Below, in pieces: positions 13,095 through 25,194 of a stretch of DNA of 64,000 bases. A program made the translations under genes and the position numbers. Location: assembly GCA_965153285.1 (NCBI GenBank), contig OZ229110.1; one strand, given 5' to 3'. The stretch's first letter is position 1. Every line of letters starts with the position of its first letter. The stretch is from Podarcis tiliguerta. Lineage: Eukaryota. The notes under the pieces are model-generated. The model was given only the letters and a program-made list of their open reading frames with translations, was not told the origin of the DNA and made no database searches.

Positions 13095-13256
13095 TTCTCT
13101 TGTCGCCTTTAAAAGGAATCTCTGCTCTCTCTGGGGTGCCACCATTGCAAGAAGGTCTTAGAAAACTGGAAGAATTCCTGTTTCCTGAGCTGTAAGACCT
13201 TCTTGCACTGGTGGCACCCTAGAGGAAGAAGAGGTCCTTTTTAAAGACAAGAAGAG
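13095..13256. repeat. long inverted repeat / hairpin
   Basis: 13133-13160 and 13193-13220 are reverse complements at 26/28 with a 32-nt loop; pairing extends imperfectly outward (TTTAAAAGGA/TCCTTTTTAAA). Confidence 0.85.
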
Positions 13257-13471
13257 CCACCCGATTTGGGGACTGAACGAGTTTTGGGTACCTTAAAACA
13301 CCTGAAGCAACAAGCAAGGACTGTGTGGATGAGGAGTAAGCAGAAAATCATTTTGGTCTTTAAAAAAGCTAAATGGGGTAGATATGGCACTTGGATAAAC
13401 AATCCCTGATTTACAATCTGGACTTCCAAAATGCCACACACAGAGCTATACAAGCCCCGACAATCTGGGCT

Positions 13472-14074
13472 CAGGGGTGTAGGAAGGGGGGTGCTGGGGT
13501 GCTGGCCACCCCTGGTGCCATTGTGAGGGGGGGTGACAAAATGCCAGCTGAACTTGACGCTGCCTGTGTAGTGGAACCGAGTGGGGTTGAGTTGCATTGC
13601 AACGCCAACACGTCCCCTTCCCACCTCTGTGGCCGGGCGCATGCACAGTCAGCTAGACCCTGCTCTCCCTGCCCGTCCATGTCTCGCCCTCGCTCAGGTG
13701 CTGTGTGTGTATCTGTGTGGCCGTGCACGCCGTGGTCAAAGCTGTGCTGCTCACAGGGCAAAGCAGGGTCCTTCTGGGGCTGACGCAGACTCCCGAGAAG
13801 GGCGGGGAGGCGCCTGTTTTCGCCTTTCATTTAAGGGCCAAGGCACGCTGGTTTGGGGGTGAGGGAGGGAGGCGAGAAGGAGCTGTCTCTGATGAGGCAA
13901 GGCGAGATCAGGATCAGCAACAGCATCTTTAATGGGGGGTGGAGGGAGGAAGGGGGAGAAGGCAGGATCTACATCGTGATTGCCTGCACGGCTCTCTTTG
14001 ACAGATTTCAATTTCAATGGGGGTTGACCAAAAAAAATCCACACCGGGTACCACCTGACCTTGCTACGCCACTG
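13472..14074. mobile_element. non-autonomous hAT element, 603 bp, GC-rich
   Basis: TIRs CAGGGGTGTAGGAAGG / CCTTGCTACGCCACTG; perfect 8-bp TSD TCTGGGCT (13464-13471 and 14075-14082). Confidence 0.9.
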
Positions 14075-15022
14075 TCTGGGCTTTAATGAGATTTACTCCC
14101 AAGTAAGTTTGTACAGCACGTTTGCTCAGAAGTAAGTCCCAGTGCATTCAGTGGGGCTTACCCGCAGGTAAGTGTGCTAAGAATCATAGCCTAAAGACAT
14201 TTAGAACTGGAGCGTGCCTTGTGCTGTTATGTTTCACTGCTGTTTCTTTGAAGAATTCGTCTGCAACAATGGTCGTTCCAACTGTGCTAGATGCTGCATG
14301 GTTTTTAAGTGTAAGTTTATTGCTTCTTTTATTTCTTATGTGCTGCATTTTATGGTATTCCAATTGGAATTCAAACTGTAATGCAATAAAATGCAATTTG
14401 TAACGCAAACAAAATGCAAACTTCAATTAAAAGTCAATCTGAATATTTAATGTGATGCGTGTGCCGTCTCCTGGCTTCCACCACAAATCCACAGACATGC
14501 CTGAATGGAGCTTATGGACCACTGGTGGTCCTCAGGCCACAGTTTGGGAACCTCTGGTCTAACATCTATACGGTTATGCTGCTGTCATTGAAAAGAGTCA
14601 ATGTGGGGGACAGCTAGCATCTACTACACCTATTACTCCAAAGGAGGACTGCTGTCAAAACAGTAGGAATCCAAAAGGGGAAGAGCAGGGATTTCTATGA
14701 TTTCTATGCTTGTGGTTCAGCAGGAGAGGGGGAATCTGCTTGTGGAGCTTTTTGGTGGCCTCCTTTCCTGCCCCTCCTAAAAGAAATCCCTCTGCAACAA
14801 AAACATGTATGTGCAGAATCTGCCTCCTCAGCCGCAATGGTGGCCGCACCTCAAAAGCTGGAGCCTCCTTCCTCTGAGCGGGAAATGACTGAAACATAAA
14901 TAGCTTGGAAAGAGCCAGGAAGCGAAAGGCCTTTCTCCTTCACCCCCCCCCAGCCCCCGCTCCTTGGCAATAGCCGGGTATAGTTACAGTTTAATCTTGG
15001 AAATGTCAGACAGCTGTTCCCG

Positions 15023-15035
15023 GTTGCTAGGAGAC
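15023..15035 (-). promoter_or_regulatory. RFX X-box-like site
   Basis: Minus strand GTCTCCTAGCAAC. Confidence 0.35.
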
Positions 15036-17544
15036 CAGCGCACATTATGCAGATGTCGAGGACCTCAAATGTCTGCCGGAAATTGCAGCCTGAGCAGTGT
15101 GAGGAGAGATGCACATTTCCCTGTCTGGGGAGCCCAGCAGGAGTCTCCCCCCCCCCATACATGCACACACAAACATACAAATACCACCCCAACCTTGAAG
15201 AGTTTTGGACGGTGGGGGCGGCTACCCAGACAGTCGACTCAATACATTCTGGAAAATAAAACTGCACACAAAGGAATCTGGAGTAGAAGGTGTATCTCAG
15301 CTTCGTGCAGCAAGACAAGCAAATTGGGCCGAGGGGGTGTTGTGGTTTTACAGCACTGCTCTGTAGTAGAGCCAGCTGCTAAAAAAAGGTTGGAGGCCAT
15401 TTTTGCAAGTGAAGATTAAACGGGCTGCATTTCCCATATCTATCATATGAAAGGAGCTCGTATGATCATCCAATTTAAGAACAGCTCGTTTCTAATTTCT
15501 ATCTAGCATTATCAAACTTTGTTTTACTTAATGGGCCCAAGCAAGAGGACACTTAAAAAACGAATGAAGTGGCTGGGCCAATCCAAATCCTGGTGGAAAA
15601 CCCAATTTCTGCCATGCATTAGCGGTACTGGCAAGTGGCAGTACTCAATGGCATTCTTGAAATGAAAAAAGCACACCCTGTAGGCTAGGCTTGAATGGGG
15701 CTTTGCTACCCAATAATATGCTATAGGCAGCATCCCTGCAGTGTTTGTAACGGGGAGGCTTCCAAGTGCCTATTGCTGTATGTCTCTGAGAATGCATTAT
15801 TTGTAAGGCTCTAAAAAAGTACCCTTTTGAGGAAAGGGTTCAACAGAGACATCTAAAGAGCAAGCAGAGGAATCCTATGCACCAGTTAGGCTGGTGGGTG
15901 AGAATAGAGGCCACATGTCATCTAGGCTTGTCCCTCTCCTCATCACAGGTCGCAGAGTCCTGCAGGAATAGCAGAGTAGCTGGAGAAAGAGAGGGGGAGC
16001 TGCCCAGCTGCTCTCCACTGACCAAATGAGCAGCGCGGGGAGGTGCTTAACCCTTCCCTCTCCACTGCAAACCTGATGACAATTGCCCCACATGCTTCTA
16101 CTAAGTTTTTCAGGAGGAAACAGTTAAATCTCTCTGCCCTGCCCCTCACAATCACCCTGCAGTCATCAGATAATTGGCAAGAAGAATCTGAGATATGTGG
16201 AAGTGGTGAGGTGGCTGCAGAGTCCCACTGCTCAGCTGAGGTGTGATTGTGTGTGAGAGAGAGGGGGGGGCTGTCATCACTCACTTTTGGCTTTGTAAAA
16301 TGGGGGACACACACACACAATCATCCCTGGAAATGCCCACTTGTCAGGAAACATGCGAGTGATGATGCCCACATGCCACCCACATATGGAAGAAGCCAAT
16401 GTCGTCCTGACAGAAACACCCCCCTGCAGCACAATATGCAAAACCACAGCACAGCACCCCAATCCATCAGCCAGCACAGCCAGTCCCGAGGCGCCTCTCC
16501 AGACTGGGATTCAAATCCCCTTATGCTGCTCGGAAGCACTGCTTTGAAATACAACCTACATAGGGAAGGAAGAAGAGCCCACATAACACAGCACACACAC
16601 ACACACACATATCTCTGAGCAGGAGGTCTGCAGAGAAGAAGCACAGGCCTGGGGGTGGGTGGGGGATGGATTCAAGACTCACCCAGGGAGGGAAGGACGC
16701 TTTTGCCAAGCAGGGACAGGCCAGGACATGTGACAAGGGCAGCCAGACACTCACAGGGCATTATCCGGTGGCTTACTGCATAGGCCTGGGGAGCAGAAGA
16801 TGGGAGTTTGAGTCCCACCAGGAGGGAAGGCAGGAAGGCAATTTCAGGGACAAAAGCGAGAGAGCTCCTCCCTCATTTCTTAACCACTCAGCCACAGATG
16901 TGCCATGATAAGGAATTTCTTTCTCCCTTGCTCCCCGAGAACCAGTCACAGATGCCAGGAGCACAAAGGCTGCAGGGAGGCCCCAGCGAGGTGGGTCAGC
17001 TCCCAGTTTACATGCTGCAAGTCCCAGATGTGAATCCATCGTGGGGGCCCATGTGCAGGCATGGATCTGTCTGGTAAGAGCAACACATAAAGTTTACCTA
17101 GCTGCCTTGGAGATCATGATAGAGTACCGTGTGTTGTGATTCTAGTCTTATTCACACCCCAGTACCCAGGAAGCTTTTGGGCTAATTATAGGCTAATTAG
17201 GGAGGAGAGTTTTCTGGCCCATCCCTGTCTGGTGGGGATAGCCTAACAGGACCAAAACAAAATGATGAGTAAAGCAGACACCAGGGCAGCAGTATGTGTT
17301 TATAGAGGAACAGGTATGCCTCATGTAATTGGTAGGATTTGTCATACGTTGTTGCTATTTTCTCCAGTCCTGTTTCCACGTTTTTAATGGAACTGGGGTT
17401 AGTTTTTGAAATATGGCAACCCTAAAAGAAATGCCTTGGGCCCAAACTAAGGCCTTAATAACCGGCACTTTGAACCGTGCTGCAGAATGAACAGGGATCC
17501 AATGCAGATTGCAGAACAATAAACGACATAATCTACACAGGAAG

Positions 17545-17640
17545 AGGTTTCACAGGGAGTTCTGGAAATGCAGAAGACTGGACCAGGGAAGCTTCTGCAT
17601 GCAAAGTAGAGGCTGTGCCACTGAACTAGGGCTCTTCCCT
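17545..17640 (-). mobile_element. degenerate tRNA-Ala-like SINE head
   Basis: Minus strand GGGAAGAGCCCTAGTTCAGTGGCACAGCCTCTACTTTGCATGCAGAAG resembles tRNA-Ala(TGC)-derived squamate SINE heads. Confidence 0.5.
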
Positions 17641-17799
17641 CCAAATAGTAACATTCTGTCCCGGTGAGACACAGAAAGAGTATATACAGACACTGCACCA
17701 ATTTCACAGAGTCTTTTTTTAAAGACTGACTCTGCTGGCATGGGATCCCGGATCCAAGCTCTTAGGATCCCAGACGCCACAGAATGAACAGCTAAAAAC

Positions 17800-18165
17800 A
17801 ACACACACGCCCCCCCCCCACGCCCCCCATCTGCTGAGCACTTTGTCAAAATCATGCCAGGTTAACAGTAACTGAAGGAGTGGAATAGAGGCTGCTGAGG
17901 AGAATAAATTGAGCCAGGTAAACAGCACTGCGGTAGCGGCGGGGGCAGCAGCAGCGAGGGGTTGCCATGGCGACGGAGCGAGTGAGCAGATTGATCGATA
18001 TGCCTGCATCGCCTCATCTGGCTGCAAGCCACGTGCTGCTACGGAGGGAGCAGGAGGAGGGGGATTTATAGAGGGCGGAGGGGAGCCACAAGCAGCAGGG
18101 ACGTGGCCTGAGATCCGATATGCCGCAGCGGCGGCAGCAGATCGATCGATACCGTGTTGGAGAGC
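17800..18165. promoter_or_regulatory. candidate CpG-rich promoter / first exon
   Basis: CpG cluster; two CACGCCCC KLF/SP motifs; X-box GTTGCCATGGCGAC (17961-17974); E-box CACGTG; minus-strand TATAAAT (18064-18070) beside GGGCGG; no TIR or TSD signature seen. Confidence 0.5.
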
Positions 18166-18448
18166 AAGTAATTGCCTCCCCTCCCAACGTGCCCTGGCAA
18201 AGCTGAGAAAGAAACGTGTCCCTAACTCTCTGCCCAGAGATACCCTGCTCCAGTCTATCAGCGAGGTTTGGTGTTCTGGTGGATTTGTTTACTTGGAAAT
18301 CTCTCTCTCTCTCTTTTTCTGTTTCTCCCCCATCAGCCCCCAGCCCTTGGCAGACGCCGGAGTGGCTACCCTTGCCTTTCCTGGTATCACTGTTGCTGTT
18401 GTTGTCAGCCTTCTAGTCCTCTTTATGCAGGGCTGTCACTGCTCAATA

Positions 18449-18679
18449 CAGTGGTACCTCGGGTTACATACGCTTCAGGCTGCATACGCCTCAGGTTGCA
18501 GACTCTGCTAACCCAGAAATATTACCTTGGGTTAAGAACTTTGCTTCAGGATGAGAACAGAAATCGTGCGGTGGCAGCGGGAGGCCCCATTAGCTAAAGT
18601 GGTGCTTCAGGTTAAAAACAGTTTCAGGTTAAGTACAGACCTCTGGAACGAATTAAGTACTTAACCCGAGGTACCACTG
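18449..18679 (+). mobile_element. Tigger/pogo-like MITE
   Basis: TA|CAGTGGTACCTCGGGTTA ... TAACCCGAGGTACCACTG|TA: perfect 18-bp TIRs with TA TSD. Confidence 0.93.
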
Positions 18680-18691
18680 TACTGACAAAAC

Positions 18692-18838
18692 CAGTGGCAT
18701 AGCGTGGGGGGTGCAGGGGGGGCCGGCCGCACCGGGCGCAACATCTGGGGGTTAGGGTTAGGGGGCGCAAATCCACGGGTTAGGGGGCGCAAATTACTTG
18801 CCTTGCCCCGGGTGCTGACAACCCACGCTACGCCACTG
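18692..18838. mobile_element. hAT MITE, 147 bp, G-rich with TTAGGG motifs
   Basis: TIRs CAGTGGCATAGCGTGGG / CCCACGCTACGCCACTG; perfect 8-bp TSD GACAAAAC. Confidence 0.93.
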
Positions 18839-20108
18839 GACAAAACATCCCCACCCTGGGGAAGAAAAAACAAAGCAAGCTTACAAGATGGGGGGAAAGC
18901 ACTCTACCAGATATGACCATCGCAAACAGCCCTTCTCAATGAATTTCACCCTGAGGTGCAGAGAGATGTCACCATGAAGCCGAAGCAATGTAGAAGACAC
19001 ACACACACAATTTATTATTTTGTGTGTGTTTCATCATAAAGCATAGGGTGAATGGCTTCTGATGGATCGATGCTGAGGGTCTGATTTTGCCTTAACAGGC
19101 TCCTGCCAGGCCACCAGTGATGAGTGACTGGATGCTGAAATGAAAGAGAGAGGAGGGAGGGAGGGAGGAGAAGAGGAGCAGGTTGAGAGATTAGGTCACA
19201 AGCAAGGCGCTCCAGGGATGGAGCCAGGCACTGCAGGGGAGCATTTTGTAAATGGCAGCTGCCCGATATTGTTAAGGTTCTGCCTTCGTGCCAACAAGCT
19301 ACTGCCTTTCCTCTCCTCCCTGATATATATCACAAACTGGGCTCGTTTTGCATTTGAGCCAGCAGCTCAAAGTCTAACCGTATTGAAGCAAAGAACATAC
19401 AGCACATAGTAAATCGGGAAGGGAGGGTTTTATGGAGTTTCCTTCGAGGCTGTGCCTAGTTCCTGGTCACTAAAATCAATGAGACTGGGAGGGAACTATG
19501 TTTAAGACAGATACATCTTTTCTCCCCTCTTCATTTTCTGCACCTGTACAGTGGGTGTAAAATATGCACTAGCTATTAATGTCCATTCATTTGTAAAATG
19601 GTTCCCTCATCGCACTTCTGTGCAGCATTCGTACATGCACCTGACCTGCATGAGGCCAAGGGCTGATCGATGCACACAAGTCCGTCTTATCACTGGGTGA
19701 CTGCAACATGCAGTTATTACTCGGGTGTGTGAATGAGCCAGATTTGGCACCGCAGATAGAAATTCTGTATCTTTTCAGGGGAGTTAGTTCCTTTTCTTGC
19801 TGGCCAGTCATTGTATAGACATGGAGAAAATTCAAGATGGGGCCGTGCATGTGTGAACTAGCTCCCCAGCTGTGACATGAATGAAAATGCCATCAGGCCT
19901 TCTAGGGTGAGAACCATCTCTCTCCACCCTCAAACGGCAGCGTCAACAGGAGCATGGTTCTGTGTTCCAGTTAGTGCTGAGTACAGGGCAGCCATCTGCA
20001 GAGATCGCAAGCACATTTTGAGACCAAGGTCACAATCACTGGGTCAGGAGGTGCTGAACCAGAAGTGTATAGAATTGCGATAGAATAAAATTGAAAAGAG
20101 GCATAATA

Positions 20109-20341
20109 CAGTGGTACCTTGGGTTACAAACTTAATTCGTTCCAGAGGTCCGTCCTTAACCCGAAACTGTTCTTAACCTGAGGCGCGCTTTCGTTAATGG
20201 GGCCTCCCACTGCCGCCAGTGCGTGATTTCCGTTCTCATCCTGAGGCAAAGTTCTGAACCCAAGGTACTACTTCGGGGTTAGCGGAGTTTGTAACCCGAA
20301 GTGTTTGTAACGTGAAGCATTTGTAACATGAGGTACAAATG
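20109..20341 (-). mobile_element. Tigger/pogo-like MITE, same family as 18449-18679, opposite orientation
   Basis: TA|CAGTGGTACCTTGGGTTA ... TAACATGAGGTACAAATG|TA; interior is reverse-complementary to the first copy. Confidence 0.9.
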
Positions 20342-20429
20342 TACTGCACAATGTTTGCAGGATGTTCCCTTATTTGGAGGATGCCATGCCTGTCCTATGA
20401 AATTTATGCCAGCAGGAACCAGTACAGGG

Positions 20430-20476
<47 letters not shown>

Positions 20477-20790
20477 TTTTTATTTATACCCCGCCCTCCC
20501 CAGCCAAGGCCAGGCTCAGAGCGGCTTACAAGCAATAATAAAAACAAGATGAATGATTACAACTTAAAAACAAAAATAAAATACAACATTAAAATAATGG
20601 AACATTAAAATATTAAAATGTAGCCTCATCGCAGGAGGAGAAGGAAAAGAAAAAAGAAAGAGAGGGAGGGAGGGAATCAAATTGGCTCCAAGCCAAAGGC
20701 CAGGCGGAACAACTCTGTCTTACAGGCCCTGCGGAAAGAAATCAGATCCTGCAGGGCCCTGGTCTCATGAGGCAGAGCGTTGCACCAGAC
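20430..20790 (-). mobile_element. L2-type LINE 3' end with (AAT)n tail
   Basis: About 15 AAT units, then TTTATTTATACCCCGCCCTCCCC...GCTCAGAGCGGCTTACA...TCTGTCTTACAGGCCCTGCGGAA; related to 22324-22827. Confidence 0.8.
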
Positions 20791-20822
20791 GGATGACAGC
20801 CGTCTGCGGGTTGTGCCTCTCA

Positions 20823-21013
20823 GGCTGCATAGACGCTATACCTTTAAAGCACATTCAAAGCACATTTTAGCCTCAAAGAATTCTGGGTGTTGTAGTTTGT
20901 TAAAGGTTGCTGAGAAGTGTAACTCTATATGGGGTAAACCACAGTGACCAGAATTCTGTGTGTGTGTGTGTGTGTGCTTGGAATGTGCTTTAAAAATATA
21001 GTGTGTAAACAGA
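20823..21013. mobile_element. palindromic MITE family (GGCTGCATACAC...GTGTATGCAGCC ends)
   Basis: Internal AAAGCACATT/AATGTGCTTT and GAATTCTGG/CCAGAATTC symmetry. Other copies at about 23300-23455, 26726-27127 and 61479-61657. Confidence 0.75.
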
Positions 21014-22283
21014 TTTAGGTGTGCTGAGTTAGCATGTCTTAATACCGCAAACGGCTCTGTCTGGAAGCAAAGCTTTCCTGGAGGAAGAATTAGGTCACTC
21101 CCACAACCAGAGTGAAATCTGGAACTTGAAAACTGGCTTGAGAACTATAAAACAGGTAAAATGTTATCCTTTTAGTTAAACAATTTAAATTGGTCCAGTA
21201 TAAGGCATCAGTTTATTTTGTACATCTGATTTGTCATGGCCAATATCACAGCATTGGAAGGTGTGAGACAGAATCTCTGCTAAGCTAGGAACAGTGCGAG
21301 TAGTCATCTTTTTCCAACAAAGAATTCTTCACTGTTTGTACAGTGTACATAGGATTTTGGGCAACCACTTGACCTAGGAGTGCCCTCATCCTGCAGGGCA
21401 GTACCACAGCTGGAGGAGAATAATTTGAATTGTAGGCTGTGATGCAGCAAAGAGGCATTACTGTATGATTAATGGATGCTATTAATTCAGGAGAGACACA
21501 GTTTTTACCGAGCAGTAAAAACTCAGGACAAATATCAGACAGCAGTCACTGTCTAGTGAACAAGCGAGCTTTGATACAGGTGAATTTTTATACTGTACTC
21601 AATTGACTTTCCCAGAATGAAGGAAGGTTACTTGGGACACAGCTGGACACTTCCAAAGTAAGCGAGCTAACAACTTTTACAGAATAAACGATAATAGCGC
21701 TTGCAGGCTGTCTGGCAATTAATAACACTCCAGCTTGCAAACCCATGCATTTAAAAGGAAGGAGCTGTCAGAGCAGTCACAAAGCAACATCAACCACCCT
21801 GTGCATATGTAGAATTGGAGATCTCCAGGACTGGAATGGATCTGAATACATCTTGTCAAAGCCTGTGGACTGAGCCAGCATCCGTACCATAAGCAAGGCT
21901 GCAGAGGCAGGGCAGAAACAGCAGGGAGTATTCTGGGCAATGTCTTTCCAAAGAACCCTTCAGGCATGTGGTTTTTTCTTTCCTGTCTGAGCAGTTCAGC
22001 AGGGGAGGGGAGGGGAGGGGAAAGGAGCACTGTGCATCTGTGCTATGGGACAGCTGCAGATTTCTATGCTCAGGTGAAGAATTCAAAGTAATAGGGGAAG
22101 ATAGGCGTACTGGATGCCCAGCCCTGGGTGTTAAAAAATGGTTTCCAAATGGGAATGTTGCAAAGAGGTTCCTGGCTGATAGATGCAGCTGCTTTGGATC
22201 TCTGGAGCAAGCAGAGATTTTTCTCCCTGCTCCTTCAGCCTAAAGGGCTTTGAATAAACAGATACTACAAAATGCAATTTAAG

Positions 22284-23008
22284 TAGGGCTGCCATACATC
22301 CAGATTTTCCTGAACATTACTGGCCCTAAGGAAGTCAGACTATCCTCCACCAGGGCCAGGGCCTTTTCAGTGATGGCTCCGACCTGGTGGAATGCTCTGT
22401 CCCATGAGACTTGGGCCCTTCAGCATTTAACCTACTTCCGCCAGGCCTGTAAGACAGAGCTATTCTGCCTGGCCTTTAATTTGAATTCAGCCTGATCTTT
22501 TATTTCCCTTCTCTTCCCTCCCCCTTTCCTTTTATGAAGATTACCCGCTCTCAGACCCCACAACTAATTCTCCCCTGGCCTCCTCGCTGGCCCAAGTAGG
22601 ACTAATTCAGCCAGCTAGCCCTGGTGACTATCTAATGCTTATTGGATGGATTTCCCCCAATTTGATTTTTGAACTTTGAATTTTATTGTCGTTCATGCTT
22701 TTATACTGTATTTTATGCTGCTTCTATGTTGTATTACAATTAAGTGTTTTAAATTTGTTGTTAGCCACCCTGAGCCGGGTTTTCTGAACTGGGGTGGGGT
22801 ATAAATAAAAATGTATTATTATTTATTATTACTGGGATTTCAAAGGCAGAATTGATGTCCGGGGGGAATTTCCAAAAGGCGGTCTTGGATCTTAAGCAAC
22901 TCAATTGATAAATTGCATGGGGGGCGGGGAAGGTTGGCGTTTTGTAAAAAATAGCTCAACAACTTTCGGGGTATCCTGGTTTTTACTTTAAGAAATATGG
23001 CAACCCTA
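22284..23008. mobile_element. hAT (Blackjack-like) element interrupted by L2
   Basis: TIRs TAGGGCTGCCATA / TATGGCAACCCTA; ATTTAAG on both flanks. Confidence 0.8.
22324..22827 (+). mobile_element. L2-type LINE 3' end
   Basis: AGGGCCTTTTCAGTGATGGCTCCGACCTGGTGGAATGCTCTG (RAFSVMAPTWWNAL), then a 3' UTR ending ATAAATAAAA...(TTA)n; TSD ATTACTGG (22316-22323 and 22828-22835). Confidence 0.85.
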
Positions 23009-25043
23009 ATTTAAGCCTCCAATGTTCTCCCCTCCCCCTCCAAAATAAACTTCCCAATCTGGTGCCCTTCATACTGAAAGAGACTGATGGGAGTTTTTGA
23101 TAGGAAAAACAAGCCGTCTGAAGGCAATCCTGTATAGGGATTTAAAAAAAAAAAAAAAGTTTACTGTTTTATTATGTTTTTATATATGTTGGAAGCTGTC
23201 CAGAGTGTCTGGGACAATCCAGTAAGTTCTGTGGGGTATAAATAGTAAATTATAAGTATGGTATGGGATGTTCCTATTTCCATCAGAGAAATGTTGGAGG
23301 GTATGCTTCATAAATCTAAAAGCACACTTCAAGAATCCTAGGCATGGTAGTTTGTTAAGGGTGCTGGAAACTGTGGCTCTCTGAGGAGTGAACTACAGTT
23401 TCCAATATTTTGGGGCAAAGGTAATGTGCTGTAAATGTGCAGTGTGTATGCAGCCTGAGACAGTGAAGCCGAAAGCACATCAGGGTTGGGAGAAGGTTTG
23501 TATAAAATGCTATATTGATTCCCCCCCCCCTTAACAAAGCTTTAAAAAGAGTGTTCAGAAAGGCCATCACTTTCTGATTCTGCCATCCGTATAATTCACT
23601 CCATATTTATAAGGGAACAGGCACCGTGTGGTTGCTCTGTTCCTTGCTCGATGTTTCTTTCAGCCATCTTGAAACATCTTTGCCTACTTACCACCAGCAC
23701 AGAGCTGCAAACACCCTAAGCCTACTTCAAAAAGCAGCAAGGGACAGAAATCATCCAGGCTTAATGGTGCAATGCCCCAACAAAAGGCCGTCCTTTGGGA
23801 CAACAACAAGCACGTGGTATGCATCTTCTTCGCGACGCAGCAGAAGCAGCCTCAGGGGTGAAATAACCAGCTGCTGATGTCACTATTAGAAACACAGACA
23901 GCACTGATTTCAATACAACAGATGCACTCCCCACCTGGCACCTGGCTAGATATTATACAACCCACATCGCACTCACTGCTGCAGCCTCAGCTACTACAGT
24001 AACCTCCAAGAAACATTGTTTATGTATCGAGAGAGAGAGGTTTGCATCCTTCTCTTATTACAGCGATCTAAATTGGGGGGGCTTCCCAAACTGGTTTGTG
24101 GACCACTGGTGGTCAGCAAGGTCCATTAAGGTAGCCGGTGGCCTGTCTGCAACAACACAAAATCATACAGCATCTGGCACAGCGCAGTGCAATTGCTACA
24201 AAGGCAGAGAATTCATTTAAGTGGCTGCTGAGACCCTTGGCAATTTTCAAGTGGTTTGTGGTGGGAGAGGGAGTTTAGGAGCCACTGATCTAAATTGTTC
24301 TGCCAATGGGGCTCTGCATCCCTTGATTGCCTTTTCTTAGTGCTCCCTACAAGAATGCAAGGGCAGCCCTGTTGAATCAAAGCAAAGGACAATCTAGATT
24401 GTAAGGCCCTTGGGAAACAGACTCCATTCTTTGTAAAGCCCAATATATATGGGTGGCGGTATATAATGAGTAGTAATGTTCTGTGGCTTGTTGTTTGTTC
24501 CGATTCAGCAGTGAACAGCGGGTTTCGTGGTGGGACAAAAAATCCAGCCTCTTGGACCCATGACTTGTTGTCATGGGACAAACAAATGTGTAGATGAGGC
24601 CACAGTTGTACAGAGTTCGATGATGCTTCTTCCCCCCTTGTGCTGCTAGGTGCTATGGAGAATTTAGAGCTTTTTTTCTGGCAGTTCAACCACACATCTA
24701 GGATTTCTGCAGCAATTGTGACTAGCTCCATAGGGAAATGTTCCGAGGGGACTGCACCATTTCCTGGGTCTCTGATTTCTTTGGGGCCTTATTCATGGAC
24801 ACAGCTGAAGAAAAGCTAAATAAATCAGAAAAGTAGCCACGTAGCATGTACACATGGAGAGAATCACTATTATTATTAAATATCTCTCCATAGCAGTAAA
24901 GGAGCTTCCACTCAAAGCAGAAGGATTACAGAGTCTGTGCTGCATCTTGCAACAATTGAGAAGGCAGCTCTCTTCTCTCCTGTGCAGGAAGACCTGTAGG
25001 CCCTGGATGCTTGTGAAGCTTTCGCATTTTCCCATGGGAGAGG

Positions 25044-25194
25044 CATAGAATCACAGAATTATAGAGTTGGAAGGGACCAGGGGATCATCTAGCTGAACCC
25101 CCTGCAATGCAGGAATATGCAGCTGTCCCATGCGGGAATCGAACTGGCAACCTTGGCACTATCAGCACCACACTCTGAACAACTGAGCTATCCA
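25044..25194 (-). mobile_element. SINE: tRNA-Ile-like head + CR1 tail
   Basis: Minus strand GGATAGCTCAGTTGTTCAGAGTGTGGTGCTGATAGTGCCAAGGTTGCCAGTTCGATTCCC...CCCTTCCAACTCTATAATTCTGTGATTCTATG. Confidence 0.9.

Noticed and set aside
13472-14074. Host gene promoter and overlapping 119-133 aa ORFs
   Set aside because: The GC-rich stretch is bounded by hAT TIRs and a perfect 8-bp TSD; the ORFs are composition artefacts.
18031-18041. miR-16-like sequence (minus strand TAGCAGCACGT)
   Set aside because: Only the first 11 nt match; the rest differs and no matching precursor hairpin is evident.
17909-18511. 200-aa ORF as a host gene
   Set aside because: Non-ATG start, low complexity, runs into a MITE, and shows no recognisable homology.
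18748-18787. True interstitial telomeric array
   Set aside because: Only three TTAGGG units, all inside a MITE; reported as a MITE feature instead.
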